A stretch of 64,000 nucleotides of DNA from Bacteroidota bacterium (GTDB lineage: Bacteria > Bacteroidota > Rhodothermia > Rhodothermales > JANQRZ01): positions 80,003 to 144,002 of the forward strand of contig JBCDKT010000003.1 in assembly GCA_038746285.1 (NCBI GenBank). The letters run 5' to 3'. Positions 7,684 through 17,078 of this stretch are shown here, piece after piece. Numbering within the stretch: the stretch's first letter is position 1; every line of letters starts with the position of its first letter. Under the pieces are notes generated by a model. The model saw nothing but the letters and a program-made list of their open reading frames with translations, was not told the DNA's origin and made no database searches. Position numbers and translations under genes: made by a program.

Positions 7684-9528
7684 CTACTCCGGGAGGTCCA
7701 GGACGCTCCCGACCGAGTGGATCACGCCGTTCGTCGCAAACTGGTTGGCAGTGACTCCCAGTGTGCAGTCCACTAGGTTAATGCCTATTTCCTCGCCAGT
7801 GTCCGGGTCAAAGATCGGAACCTCTGTGCAGTTGAGACGGACTATGCCAGCACCGGGATAAACGCGGAGGTCCGGCCCCCCCAGCGTAGGCAGGCGGAAG
7901 AACAGAGAGTCGGGTATGGTAGGCGTGACGGTCGAGTCGATCAAGTCACGGATCTCGTAGAGGCCCGGGACGATGTGGTACTCCATGGTGCGACGCCGCG
8001 TCGAGGAGGGGAGGATCACCCCGTTGAAGGCTACGTCGGTGGGGGCAAACACGGTATAGGGACCCTCGCCGCGCGGGTCTTCGCCGCGCAGTAGGGGTGT
8101 CAGCCCCGCGCTACGCATCGTGTTGAGGAAGCTGTAGAGTGCGCCGAAGACCGCCCGCTCTTCAAGGTCGAGATCAGGGGGAAGAATGAACGGGGAGATC
8201 GAGTAGATCAGCCCGTTGCGGGTCTCGATGGGAGGGATCGTGACCTCGCCGCGCCCGCCGACGAAGACGCGCGTGCCCCCCACGTCGTCGAGGGTCTGGA
8301 CCTGGAGGCTGTAGTCGCCCAGCGTGGTGAGCGGGGTCGAGCGCATCATCAGGTCGTCGGGCTCTAGGCGGCCCGGGACGACGTGGTACTGCGCCGTGCG
8401 AAGCTGCAGGTCGGCGCGGAGTTGGAGTTCGTCTATGAACGGCTCGCCGAGCGGTTCGAGCGCGGGGTCGGTGGGGACGAAGAGGGTGAACGTCTCGTCG
8501 CTGCCGAGCGTGCCGAGCAGGCCGGCGTTGCCGAAGACGTCGTAGAAGTCCATCAGCTGGGGCTCGATCTGCAGCCGCTCGGCGAGGCTGAGGTGGCTCA
8601 GCACGACCGTGTCGAGGAGGTAGATCAGCCCGTCGATGGCCTCGACCGCCTCGATGATGACGCGCGCCTCGCCGACGAACGTCAGTCCGCCCTCGGCCCG
8701 GACCGGGAGCGGCTCCCCGTCGAGCGGTTCGAGCACGACGCCGTCTTCGAGGTCGTCTGCTTGGAGTCGGCCCGGCAGGACGTGGTGGCGGAGGATCGTG
8801 CCGAGGACGCTTCGGTTGCCGAAGCGCTCGAGCGTCTGGAGTCGCGCCGGGCCGAGGGCGTCGAAGGCGCTGTTGATCGGGACGAGGAGCGTGCGCGGCT
8901 CGCCGGAGGCCACGAGGCCGTTCAGGTCGGCCACGTCCAGGAAGTCCGCGAAGTCGCTCAGCAGGGGCGTCACGCGCAGGCGCTCGGCGAGCGTCAGGTG
9001 GTCGCGCACGAGGTCGCCCAGCAGGTGCACCACCCCGTTGCCGGCCTCGACGCTGGTCTCGGCGACGAGGCCGCCGCCGACGGTGACCGTCCGGTCCTCG
9101 TCGTCGTCTCCGTCTTCGACGCGCACCTCCAGCGGGGGGCCATCGAGCGGTTCGAGCACCTGGCCGTCCTGGAGGTCGGCCAGCAGGATCCGCCCGGGGA
9201 CGAGGTGGCGCCGCAGCAGCTTGGTCAGCACGTCCTGGTTGACGGTGCGGCCGAGGAGTCCGATCATGTCCTCGCCCAGGCCGTTCAGGGCCTCGTTGGT
9301 CGGCGCGAAGAACGTCAGGTCACCGCTGCCGGTGCGGAGCGTCGAGGCGAGGTCGAGGTCGTCGATGAGGTCTTCGAGCACCTCCAGGTCTTCCGAGACG
9401 GCCACGACCGCGAAGAGGTTGTCGCCGAGTGCTTCTGAATCCGCGTTGTCGCAGCCGGCGACGAAGAGGAGGCCCGCCGCGGCAGTGGCCAACAGGCAGA
9501 CGAGGAGCAGGCGCGAGACGGCAAACAT
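7684..9528 (-). CDS. Lipoprotein with four fasciclin (FAS1) domains
   Basis: ORF track 614 aa. Lipobox LFVAGC. Four repeats of the FAS1 pattern (TLFAPTNEAF...L..HV.PG...DG..L..L.G..L.V). Confidence 0.85.
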   Translation of the reverse strand: MFAVSRLLLVCLLATAAAGLLFVAGCDNADSEALGDNLFAVVAVSEDLEVLEDLIDDLDLASTLRTGSGDLTFFAPTNEALNGLGEDMIGLLGRTVNQDVLTKLLRRHLVPGRILLADLQDGQVLEPLDGPPLEVRVEDGDDDEDRTVTVGGGLVAETSVEAGNGVVHLLGDLVRDHLTLAERLRVTPLLSDFADFLDVADLNGLVASGEPRTLLVPINSAFDALGPARLQTLERFGNRSVLGTILRHHVLPGRLQADDLEDGVVLEPLDGEPLPVRAEGGLTFVGEARVIIEAVEAIDGLIYLLDTVVLSHLSLAERLQIEPQLMDFYDVFGNAGLLGTLGSDETFTLFVPTDPALEPLGEPFIDELQLRADLQLRTAQYHVVPGRLEPDDLMMRSTPLTTLGDYSLQVQTLDDVGGTRVFVGGRGEVTIPPIETRNGLIYSISPFILPPDLDLEERAVFGALYSFLNTMRSAGLTPLLRGEDPRGEGPYTVFAPTDVAFNGVILPSSTRRRTMEYHIVPGLYEIRDLIDSTVTPTIPDSLFFRLPTLGGPDLRVYPGAGIVRLNCTEVPIFDPDTGEEIGINLVDCTLGVTANQFATNGVIHSVGSVLDLPE

Positions 9529-9714
9529 GACGAGGTCGGAAAGCGGATTCTCAGGGGCGGGTCAACCGCCGGGAGGTTACCGCTTCTGAGTGTAAGATGA
9601 AAGGGCGGAATTAGTGGCCCGCCAAATGCCTCGCCTGGCAGCCGTGTCCGGTGTAGATTCCGGCCCCGCGATGTGCGGGCGTCCCACCTTGTGCCTCCCG
9701 ACCCCCGGCTTGCC

Positions 9715-11976
9715 ATGCCTTACCTCCGTGCTCTGCTGCTGGCGCTCTGCCTCGCCGCGGCAAGCAGCCCTGCGGCGGCGCAGTCGGCCGCGCTGCGCGG
9801 CTTCGTGAGCGACGCCGATGACGGGCAGGCGCTGCCGGGCGTGAACGTGGTGCTGGTGGACGCGGCGGGCGAAGTGCGCGGAGCGGCGAGCGACGTGAAC
9901 GGGTTCTACATCATCCCGTCGCTCGGCGCGGGAGCCTACCAGCTCCGCGCCTCCTACCTCGGCTACGCGCTCTACCAGGACTCGCTCGCCCTCGACCCCG
10001 GCGAGGTGCGCCAACTCGACATCGAGATGCGCGTCGGAGATACCGAACTCGACGCCGTGACGGTCGAGTCCGAGCGCACCTCGGGAGCGGCCAACGTGAC
10101 GGCCGGCCTGCAGCGCATCGGGGTCCGCGACATCGAGCTCGTCCCGACGCCCGACGTCTCGGGCGACCTCGCGAGCTACCTCACGACGGTCCCCGGCGTC
10201 GTCACGACCGGCGACCGGGGCGGCCAACTCTTCATCCGGGGCGGCGAGCCAACGCAGAACCAGGTCTTCATCGACGGCATCGCGCTCTACCAGCCGTTCC
10301 ACGTCCTCGGCTTCTACTCAGCCTTCCCGTCCGACATCCTCACCCGCGCCGACCTCTACGCCGGCGGCTACAGCGCCCAGTTCGGCGGCCAGCTCTCGTC
10401 GGTGCTCGACGTGGCGACGCGCAGCGGTAACAAGCGCGCCTTCAACGCCTCAGCGGCCGTCGCCCCGTTCGTCAGCGCCGCCACGATCGAGGGGCCGCTC
10501 GCTCCGGGGCGCGCCTCGTTCCTCGGGTCGGCGCGGCTTTCGGTCATCGAGCAGGGGGCTTCGCGGATCGTGGACCAGGAGCTGCCTTACAACTTCGGCG
10601 ACGTGTTCGGGAAGCTGCACGTCGACATCGGCCAGAGCGGCCAGCTTTCGGTGACGGGGCTCCATACCTGGGACCGGGGCAGCGTCGGCAACCTCGACGC
10701 GCCGCAGCCGGACGAGGTCCGCTGGCAGAACACGGCCTTCGGCGGGCGCTACGTCTTCGTGCCGTCCAAGCTGCCGATCCTCGCCGAAGTCCTCGTCACG
10801 TCCTCCGGTTTCCAGACGGAACTCGGGCCGCGCGACCCCGCGCCCGGCTCCGCGCCGGACCGGCTCTCCGAGATCAGCCAGTACGGGGCCGAGGTCAACA
10901 TGACCCAGTACCTCCCCCTGGCTGACATCCACGTCGGGGCGTTTGTGCGGACGACGCGGGTCGAGAGCCGCCTCGGCGGCGCGTTCCAGAACGTATCGAC
11001 CGACCGCGACTTCGTGACCGAGGCCGGGGCCTACCTCGGGCCGGAGCTGCGCCTCGGCGGCCTCAAGGTCCGACCGGGCCTGCGCTTCACGACGCTCCCC
11101 AACCAGAACCAGACCTTCCTCGAACCGCGCCTCCGGGCCGAGTGGCAGATCGGCACGCACCAGCTCAGCGGCGCGGCCGGGCTCTACAACCAGCCCGTGG
11201 TCGGCCTCGCCGACCGGCGCGACGCGACGAGCATCTTCACCGCGTGGACGATCGCGCCGCAGGGCCAGACGCCGCAGGCGTTCCACGCGATCACCGGCTA
11301 CCGGGTCACGCCGACGCCCTGGCTCGACCTCGCAACGGAGGTCTACTACAAGTCGCTCACCGACCTCTCAGTCAGCGAGTTCACGGCGTTCCCCCGGCTG
11401 ACGACGCGCCTCCAGCCGGCCGAGGGCGAGGTGCTCGGGGCCGACGCCCGCGTCGAGGTCCGCGCAGGGCCCGTCTACGGGTTCGTCAACTACAGCCTCT
11501 CCTCGGTCGAGTACACCAGCTCCAGCGAGCGCTACGAGATCTGGTTCGGCGAGGAGACGATCGACTACCGCCCCGGCCACGACCGGCGTCACCAGGTCAA
11601 CGCCCTCCTCCGCGTGACTGTCGCGGGGTTCGACGTGAGCACCCGCTGGCAGTTCGGCAGCGGCCTCCCATTCAGCAGCCCGCTCGGCTTCGACTCGTTC
11701 ATCCTGCTCGACGGCGCGTTCGACCCCTACGGGGAGGGGGGGGCGACGCGCGTGGTCTACGACCGCCCGTTCAACGCCGAACTCCCGACCTACCACCGGC
11801 TCGACGTGTCGGTGGAGCGCACGTTCGAGCTCGGGCTGCTGAGCCTGACGGCGCAGGTGGGGGCGATCAACGGCTACGACCGGCGCAACCTCTTCGCCTA
11901 CGACGTCTTCACGCTCCAGCGCGTGGACCAGCTTCCCATCGTGCCCACGTTCGGGATCAAAGCAGCGTTCGACTGA
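9715..11976 (+). CDS. TonB-dependent receptor with N-terminal carboxypeptidase-regulatory-like domain
   Basis: In-frame ATG 9715 of ORF 9673..11976 gives a signal peptide (MPYLRALLLALCLAAASSPAAAQ). GFVSDADDGQALPGVNVVL, plug motif LFIRGGEPTQNQVFIDGIALYQP, and a long beta-barrel-like C-terminal part. Confidence 0.8.
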   Translation: MPYLRALLLALCLAAASSPAAAQSAALRGFVSDADDGQALPGVNVVLVDAAGEVRGAASDVNGFYIIPSLGAGAYQLRASYLGYALYQDSLALDPGEVRQLDIEMRVGDTELDAVTVESERTSGAANVTAGLQRIGVRDIELVPTPDVSGDLASYLTTVPGVVTTGDRGGQLFIRGGEPTQNQVFIDGIALYQPFHVLGFYSAFPSDILTRADLYAGGYSAQFGGQLSSVLDVATRSGNKRAFNASAAVAPFVSAATIEGPLAPGRASFLGSARLSVIEQGASRIVDQELPYNFGDVFGKLHVDIGQSGQLSVTGLHTWDRGSVGNLDAPQPDEVRWQNTAFGGRYVFVPSKLPILAEVLVTSSGFQTELGPRDPAPGSAPDRLSEISQYGAEVNMTQYLPLADIHVGAFVRTTRVESRLGGAFQNVSTDRDFVTEAGAYLGPELRLGGLKVRPGLRFTTLPNQNQTFLEPRLRAEWQIGTHQLSGAAGLYNQPVVGLADRRDATSIFTAWTIAPQGQTPQAFHAITGYRVTPTPWLDLATEVYYKSLTDLSVSEFTAFPRLTTRLQPAEGEVLGADARVEVRAGPVYGFVNYSLSSVEYTSSSERYEIWFGEETIDYRPGHDRRHQVNALLRVTVAGFDVSTRWQFGSGLPFSSPLGFDSFILLDGAFDPYGEGGATRVVYDRPFNAELPTYHRLDVSVERTFELGLLSLTAQVGAINGYDRRNLFAYDVFTLQRVDQLPIVPTFGIKAAFD

Positions 11977-12848
11977 TGCCTCGCGCCCTCGCTCCGTCCC
12001 TAGTCCTCCTCGCCGCCCTCGCGCTGTCCGGGTGCGCCGACTCCGTCGAGCCGACAACCGACGCGGGACGGCCCTACACGGTCTACGGCGTGCTCGACCC
12101 GACAACGGAGACGCAGGCCCTGCGGGTGATCGCCTTCGCGCCCGACCTCAACCCGCAGGCCCCCGGCCCACTCGGGGCTGAGGTGGTCTCGACCAACCTC
12201 CAGACCGGCGAGCAGAGGGTCTGGTCCGACTCGGTCGTCACCTTCGAGGGCGGGGGCTCCGGCAACGTCTACAACTCAGGTGCTTTCCGGCCGCTCTACG
12301 GCGACAGCTACCGCGTCGAGGCCCGCCGCGACGACGGAGCCGTGACGAGCGCTGTGGTGACGATCCCGCCCTTCGTCGAGCCGCTCCCGTTCGCGCCCGA
12401 GAGGACGGTATCGCAGGTCGTCCTGTCGGCGCTCTGGCCGGCGGCCCCCCGCGTGAACGAGGCCCAGGCCGTGTTCGTGATGGACGACGACGACTGCAAC
12501 CGGATCGTCCAGGCCGTGCCGACCAGCCTGCCGGCGACGCCCTTCGAGTTCGGCTGGACCGTCTCGACGGACTTCCTGACCGACGCCCCGCTCGTGAAGG
12601 ACCTTTTGGGTCCACGCAACAACGTCGCCCTCGTCTCGGTGCTGCTGCGCGCCGTCGTAGCCAGCGAGGACTGGGTCCCGCTCGGCGGCGCGTTCGACCC
12701 CGAAGTGCTCGTGGACCCCAACGCGCTGACAAACGTTGAGGGCGGCTTCGGGTTCGTCGGCGGCGGCTACGTGGCCGAGGCCGAGGTCACGCCCGACGTG
12801 ACGACCATCATCCAGGCAGGGTACCGGCCGGGCGGCTCGTGCCCTTAG
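11976..12848 (+). CDS. Lipoprotein, DUF4249-like partner of the TonB-dependent receptor
   Basis: ATG overlaps the receptor stop (TGATG). Lipobox LALSGC. The family call rests on position, size and overall sequence character only. Confidence 0.5.
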   Translation: MPRALAPSLVLLAALALSGCADSVEPTTDAGRPYTVYGVLDPTTETQALRVIAFAPDLNPQAPGPLGAEVVSTNLQTGEQRVWSDSVVTFEGGGSGNVYNSGAFRPLYGDSYRVEARRDDGAVTSAVVTIPPFVEPLPFAPERTVSQVVLSALWPAAPRVNEAQAVFVMDDDDCNRIVQAVPTSLPATPFEFGWTVSTDFLTDAPLVKDLLGPRNNVALVSVLLRAVVASEDWVPLGGAFDPEVLVDPNALTNVEGGFGFVGGGYVAEAEVTPDVTTIIQAGYRPGGSCP

Positions 12849-12923
12849 GGCGACGGTGCGGCGAGACCTACGCGTTCTTCACGCGCTGGCGGGGCGAGGG
12901 GCGGTATCTTGATCGCCTGCCAC

Positions 12924-12997
12924 GCGCCGGTAGCTCAGCTGGATAGAGCGTCGCACTACGGATGCGAAGGTCGGGGGTTCGAATCCTCCCCGGCGCG
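12924..12997 (+). tRNA. tRNA-Arg (anticodon ACG)
   Basis: GCGCCGGTAGCTCAGCTGGATAGAGCGTCGCACTACGGATGCGAAGGTCGGGGGTTCGAATCCTCCCCGGCGCG. 7-bp acceptor stem, D-loop AGCTCAGCTGGATAGAGC, anticodon loop CTACGGA, T-loop GGTTCGAATCC. CCA is not encoded. Confidence 0.92.
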
Positions 12998-13004
12998 CAG
13001 CGCA

Positions 13005-13043
13005 AGCCCCGACTTGACTTCCGTCAAGTTGGGGCTTCTCGTT
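13005..13043 (+). terminator. Rho-independent terminator after tRNA-Arg
   Basis: AGCCCCGACTTGAC-TTCC-GTCAAGTTGGGGCT (14-bp stem with one G.U pair) followed by TCTCGTTT. Confidence 0.75.
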
Positions 13044-13125
13044 TGGCGCCGCCGCCTGCTCGCCTGCGGCACGGTATCTTCCCTGTCCCTCCTGTCCCGC
13101 TCCGCTCACCCAGTTTTCGCTCTCC

Positions 13126-14529
13126 ATGACCCCCATTAAATTTGGCACCGACGGCTGGCGCGCCGTGATCGCGCAAGACTACACCTTCGACAACCTCGAG
13201 CGCGTGGCGCGGGCGACGGGGCAGTGGATGAAGACGATCGCGGACGGTGAGCCGTCGGCCGTCGTCGGGTACGACGCGCGCTTCCAGGGGGCCGCCTTCG
13301 CCGAGCGCACTGCCCAGGTGCTCGCCTCGATGGGCATCCGCGTCCAGCTCGCCGACTCGTTCGTGACGACCCCCGCCGTGAGCTGGGCGACGCGGGAGTA
13401 CGACCACACCGCCGGGATCGTCATCACGGCCAGCCACAACCCGCCGAGCTACAGCGGCTTCAAGATCAAGTCGAACTTCGGTGCCCCGGCCGACTCGGCC
13501 ATGATCGCCGAGGTCGAGGCCGAACTCGACCGCCTCGACGACGGCTTCGAACTCCAGCCCCTCGACGCCCTCGGCGAGCACGTCGAGCGGATCAACCTCC
13601 GCGAGGCGTACCTCCACGTCCTCAAGGACAAGCTCGACATCGAGGGCATCCGAGGCTCCGGCCTCAAGGTCGGCTGCGACCCGATGTTCGGCGCGGGGCA
13701 GGGCACCGTCACCGACCTCCTCGGGCGCGAGAACGTGGTCGAGGTCCACAACGACTTCAACCCCGGCATGCACGGCCAGCCGCCGGAGCCGATGGAGAAA
13801 AACCTCCAGTACCTCTCCCGCGTCATCCGCGAGGAGCGCTGCGACGTGGGCCTCGCCTTCGACGGCGACGCCGACCGGATCGGGATGATGGACGAGGAGG
13901 GGCGCTTCGTGGACTCGCACAAGATCCTCTCGCTCCTCGCCAAGTACCTCTCGCAGGAGAAGGGCATGACGGGCACGATCATCCGCACCTTCTCGACGAC
14001 CGACATGCTCGACCGCCTCGGCGAAGCCTACGGCCTCCCGGTCGAGGTGATGAAGATCGGCTTCAAGTACGTCGCCCCGAAGATCATCGAGGGCGACGTG
14101 CTCGTCGGCGGCGAGGAGTCGGGCGGGATCGCGGTCAAGGGTCACATCCCGGAGCGCGACGGCGTCTTCATCGGGCTGACGGTCGTCGAGATGATGATGG
14201 CGCGCGGGATGACGCTCTCGGAACTCGTCGATGAGATTCAGGACGAGTTCGGGCCGTTCTACTTCTCGCGCAACGACATGCACACGTCGCCGGAGCGCAA
14301 GGAGGCGTTCCTCGACATGCTCGCCAACCGCCGCCCCGACACGATCGCGGGCGAGGCCGTGCAGGAGGTCGAGACGCTCGACGGGTTCAAGTTCCGCCTC
14401 GGCGACGGCTGGCTGATGTTCCGCCCCTCGGGCACCGAGCCGGTCCTGCGGATCTACGCCGAGGCCTCGTCGCAGGAGCGCGCCGACGCGCTCGTCGCGC
14501 AGGGCGTGAAGATGGTGGGCGACGGCTAA
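13126..14529 (+). CDS. Phosphoglucomutase / phosphomannomutase (alpha-D-phosphohexomutase family)
   Basis: ORF track 467 aa. FGTDGWR, active-site TASHNPPSYSGFK, metal loop FDGDADR, GGEESGG. Confidence 0.85.
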   Translation: MTPIKFGTDGWRAVIAQDYTFDNLERVARATGQWMKTIADGEPSAVVGYDARFQGAAFAERTAQVLASMGIRVQLADSFVTTPAVSWATREYDHTAGIVITASHNPPSYSGFKIKSNFGAPADSAMIAEVEAELDRLDDGFELQPLDALGEHVERINLREAYLHVLKDKLDIEGIRGSGLKVGCDPMFGAGQGTVTDLLGRENVVEVHNDFNPGMHGQPPEPMEKNLQYLSRVIREERCDVGLAFDGDADRIGMMDEEGRFVDSHKILSLLAKYLSQEKGMTGTIIRTFSTTDMLDRLGEAYGLPVEVMKIGFKYVAPKIIEGDVLVGGEESGGIAVKGHIPERDGVFIGLTVVEMMMARGMTLSELVDEIQDEFGPFYFSRNDMHTSPERKEAFLDMLANRRPDTIAGEAVQEVETLDGFKFRLGDGWLMFRPSGTEPVLRIYAEASSQERADALVAQGVKMVGDG

Positions 14530-14560
14530 CGTCTTGCTTTGTTGAGAACCTCAGGTTTCA

Positions 14561-14633
14561 GTCATCCCGGACCCCGATCCGGGATCCAGAGGATATGCTG
14601 AGCCTGTGGATCCCCGCCTGCGCGGGGATGACG
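14561..14633. repeat. Composite palindromic intergenic repeat, copy 1 (GTCATCCCGG...GGGGATGACG family)
   Basis: GTCATCCCGGACCCCGATCCGGGATCC...GGATCCCCGCCTGCGCGGGGATGACG. Two hairpins (ATCCCGG/CCGGGAT and ATCCCCGC/GCGGGGAT) plus complementary GTCATCC/GGATGAC ends. Also flanked by the 9-bp inverted repeat GCTTTGTTG (14536) / CAACAAAGC (14656). Lies between convergent genes. Confidence 0.8.
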
Positions 14634-14665
14634 GGTAAATGCGCGCAGAGTTTTCCAACAAAGCA

Positions 14666-15202
14666 CTAACGGCTCAGGCGGTCTGCGTCGGCCACGCCGT
14701 TGAGCAGCGCCGGGTCGAAGTCGGAACCCGGTTCGCCGTGGAGCACCGACACGTCGCCGGTGGCTTCGAAGACGACCGCGTGGACGGCGTCGAGCGTGAG
14801 GACGTTGGCCTCGCGCAGCTTGGCGCGAAGGTCGGCCTCGGAGACGTTCGCCCTGCGGAGGTTGTCGTGCAGGATGTCGCCCCCGGCCATCAGCAGGAGC
14901 GGCTGGTTGTCGACCAGGTCGGCCACCGCCTCCGAGCGGGCTCGCCAGGCCGCGACCCCGATCTGGAGCGCGTAGAGCGTCGCGAGCGCGACGAGTGCTC
15001 GGAGCAGGGGCGGGTCTTTCGTCAGGATCGCGCTCGCCAGCACCGAGCCGATGGCGACGGTCACCGCGAAGTCGAAGCTCGACATCTTCGAAAAGCTCCG
15101 CAGCCCGGCGATGCGGGTCAGCACGACGAGGCCGAGGTACATCCCCGTCGCGCTGAGCACGACGAGGAGGAGCGAGAGAGGAGACGTGGTGATCCAGTCC
15201 AT
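14666..15202 (-). CDS. DUF421 (YetF-like) membrane protein
   Basis: ORF track 178 aa. N-terminal TM helices, then ...LVDNQPLLLMAGGDILHDNLRRANVSEADLRAKLREANV..., typical of DUF421. Confidence 0.78.
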   Translation of the reverse strand: MDWITTSPLSLLLVVLSATGMYLGLVVLTRIAGLRSFSKMSSFDFAVTVAIGSVLASAILTKDPPLLRALVALATLYALQIGVAAWRARSEAVADLVDNQPLLLMAGGDILHDNLRRANVSEADLRAKLREANVLTLDAVHAVVFEATGDVSVLHGEPGSDFDPALLNGVADADRLSR

Positions 15203-15214
15203 GCGTGGCGCAGT

Positions 15215-15802
15215 CTACAAGGCGCTCAGGTTCAGCGTGACGAACACCTCGAAGTCGGGTCCCGTGGCGATGCCGATCCCGCCAAAGTCGTAGGCGGAGG
15301 AGAGCATGTTTGCCCGGTGCCCTGGACTCTCCATCCAGCTCTCGGCGACGAGCGCGGCTAGGTCCTCGGGCGTGTGCCAGAGGTAGACGGTCTGAACGTG
15401 GTCTCCGCGCCGGATTGTGTTGACGGTGTCGTAGAGCCGGCCCCGGAAGAGGTTCTCGCCGAGACGCTGGAAGGCGTAGCGCGCACGGCGGGCGCGGTCT
15501 CCGGCGCGGAGGCCGTCCGGGTCTCGGTGGGCGAAGAAGGCGCGGTCGAGCATGGCCTGGCTGTGCCCGCGCGCAATCGCGGCGAGGCTCGTGTCCGGCT
15601 GGAGCGGGGCGCGCTGGTGCTCGTGGCGTACCCGGTTGACCGCGCGCAGTACTAGCCGCTCCAGCTCCGGCACGTCGAAGCGAGGCACCTCGGCCGACTC
15701 GTCGAGTCGTAGGACCGGCTGCGCCGTAGGCTGCGGTGCCGCCCCGCAGCCGAGGACGAGCAGCGCGCACAGGCTGAACAGCAAGCGGACGGTGGGAAGC
15801 AT
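15215..15802 (-). CDS. CAP/SCP (PR-1-like) domain lipoprotein
   Basis: ORF track 195 aa. Lipobox LVLGC. ...LAAIARGHSQAML...FAHRDPDG...GENL...WMESPGHRANML... Confidence 0.8.
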   Translation of the reverse strand: MLPTVRLLFSLCALLVLGCGAAPQPTAQPVLRLDESAEVPRFDVPELERLVLRAVNRVRHEHQRAPLQPDTSLAAIARGHSQAMLDRAFFAHRDPDGLRAGDRARRARYAFQRLGENLFRGRLYDTVNTIRRGDHVQTVYLWHTPEDLAALVAESWMESPGHRANMLSSAYDFGGIGIATGPDFEVFVTLNLSAL

Positions 15803-15883
15803 CGAGGCATGAAGAGGGCCGGAGAGGTGACCCCCTCCGGCCCGGCGTAGTTCCAGTAGGGTAGTTCCAGTAGGACAGACCGC

Positions 15884-16552
15884 CTAGCCGTCAACCGGCT
15901 CGGTCTCCACATCGACGTCCACCGGCACGCGGATGTTGCCGATAGCCTCGCCGAGGTTGTCGAAGCCTTCGGCGATGCCGCGCTTCATCTCGTTGAACTC
16001 CTCGGCCGTCGCGTCGCCGAGGCGGTCGAGGTCGGCGGCGAGTTCTTCGCGCTGGGCTTCGAGCGCGGCCCGTGCCTCGGCCGCTTCCTCGCTGGCCTCG
16101 TTGCCAAGCGCCTCCATCTCGCGGTCGATCTCTTCGAGCTGGCGGCCAGCCGCCATGCGAAGCTCCTCGGCGTTCTCGGCCATCGCGAGCTGCGCTTGGT
16201 CGATGTCGCGGTCGAGTTCGGCGAGGTTTTCGTCCATCTCCATCTTCATCTCGTTGAACTCCTCGGCCGTCTCAGCCTGCATCGCGTCGATGTTGTTGGC
16301 GATCTCCATGCGCTCTTCGCGGAGGTCAGCGATCATTTCGTTGTACTCCTCTTGCGCCTCTGCGCTCGCGCTGGCTGCTTTGGTTTCGAGTTCGGTAATC
16401 GCCTCATCGAGTTCCGCCGTGCGGACGTCGATGTCGGCGCGGTAGGACTCAATGTCAACGTCGAGTGTGCCGTCGGGCTCTTCGGTGGTCTCCACCTGGC
16501 AGGCTGCGAGGAGGACGAGGGAGCAGAGGGTGAGTAGAGAAAAGCGTGTCAT
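15884..16552 (-). CDS. Acidic coiled-coil lipoprotein, function unknown
   Basis: ORF track 222 aa. Lipobox LLAAC. Strongly acidic heptad-like sequence. TAEEFNEMK occurs twice, encoded by a perfect 28-bp direct repeat. Confidence 0.6.
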   Translation of the reverse strand: MTRFSLLTLCSLVLLAACQVETTEEPDGTLDVDIESYRADIDVRTAELDEAITELETKAASASAEAQEEYNEMIADLREERMEIANNIDAMQAETAEEFNEMKMEMDENLAELDRDIDQAQLAMAENAEELRMAAGRQLEEIDREMEALGNEASEEAAEARAALEAQREELAADLDRLGDATAEEFNEMKRGIAEGFDNLGEAIGNIRVPVDVDVETEPVDG

Positions 16553-16600
16553 GATGGGTAGGGAGATGGGTAGGAGGGGACGAGAGACTAGCTGGACTGG

Positions 16601-16843
16601 TCAGGTCTTGCGTTGAACGAAGCCGACGATGAGAAGCAAGAGAATCGCTCCCACCGTGGCTGTGACGAGGCTCCCGATCAGGCCGCGAGCCGCGAGGCCG
16701 AGCAACCCGAACAGGAAACCTCCGATGAAGGCACCGAGGACGCCGACGATCAGGTTGGCGAGCAGGCCCATCGACGTGTCCGTCACCTTCTCGGCGATGA
16801 ACCCTGCCAGCAGACCGATGAGGAGGAAGAGAAGGATGTTCAC
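16601..16843 (-). CDS. GlsB/YeaQ/YmgE (transglycosylase-associated) family small membrane protein
   Basis: In-frame GTG 16843 within ORF 16601..17197. VNILLFLLIGLLAGFIAEKV...GVLGAFIGGFLFGLLG...VGAILLLLIVGFV. Confidence 0.8.
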   Translation of the reverse strand: MNILLFLLIGLLAGFIAEKVTDTSMGLLANLIVGVLGAFIGGFLFGLLGLAARGLIGSLVTATVGAILLLLIVGFVQRKT

Positions 16844-17078
16844 AGCACGAGTGCGATGAATCGAGGTGTCAGGCTCCGCTGGCGTGCTCGACGACCTGGG
16901 CAAGGCGAAGGGCGTCGCTGAGCGCGGGGAGCAGAAGAGAAGAGATGCGCCGTTCAAACCCGGTGCGTACTGTTTTGTTGCATGTCTGCCCTGTGTGCTG
17001 CGCGGCAAGCCGGGCAGGCAGACGCGACGAAGACCCCAGCGCAAGGAAAAGCGCCAGGGTCTTCGTGTTGCCAATCTG

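Noticed and set aside
16844-17078. Genomic island integrated at the ssrA 3' end.
   Set aside because: No integrase is present and I found no direct repeat of the ssrA 3' terminus. The adjacent genes (glsB-like, lipoproteins) look like ordinary chromosome.
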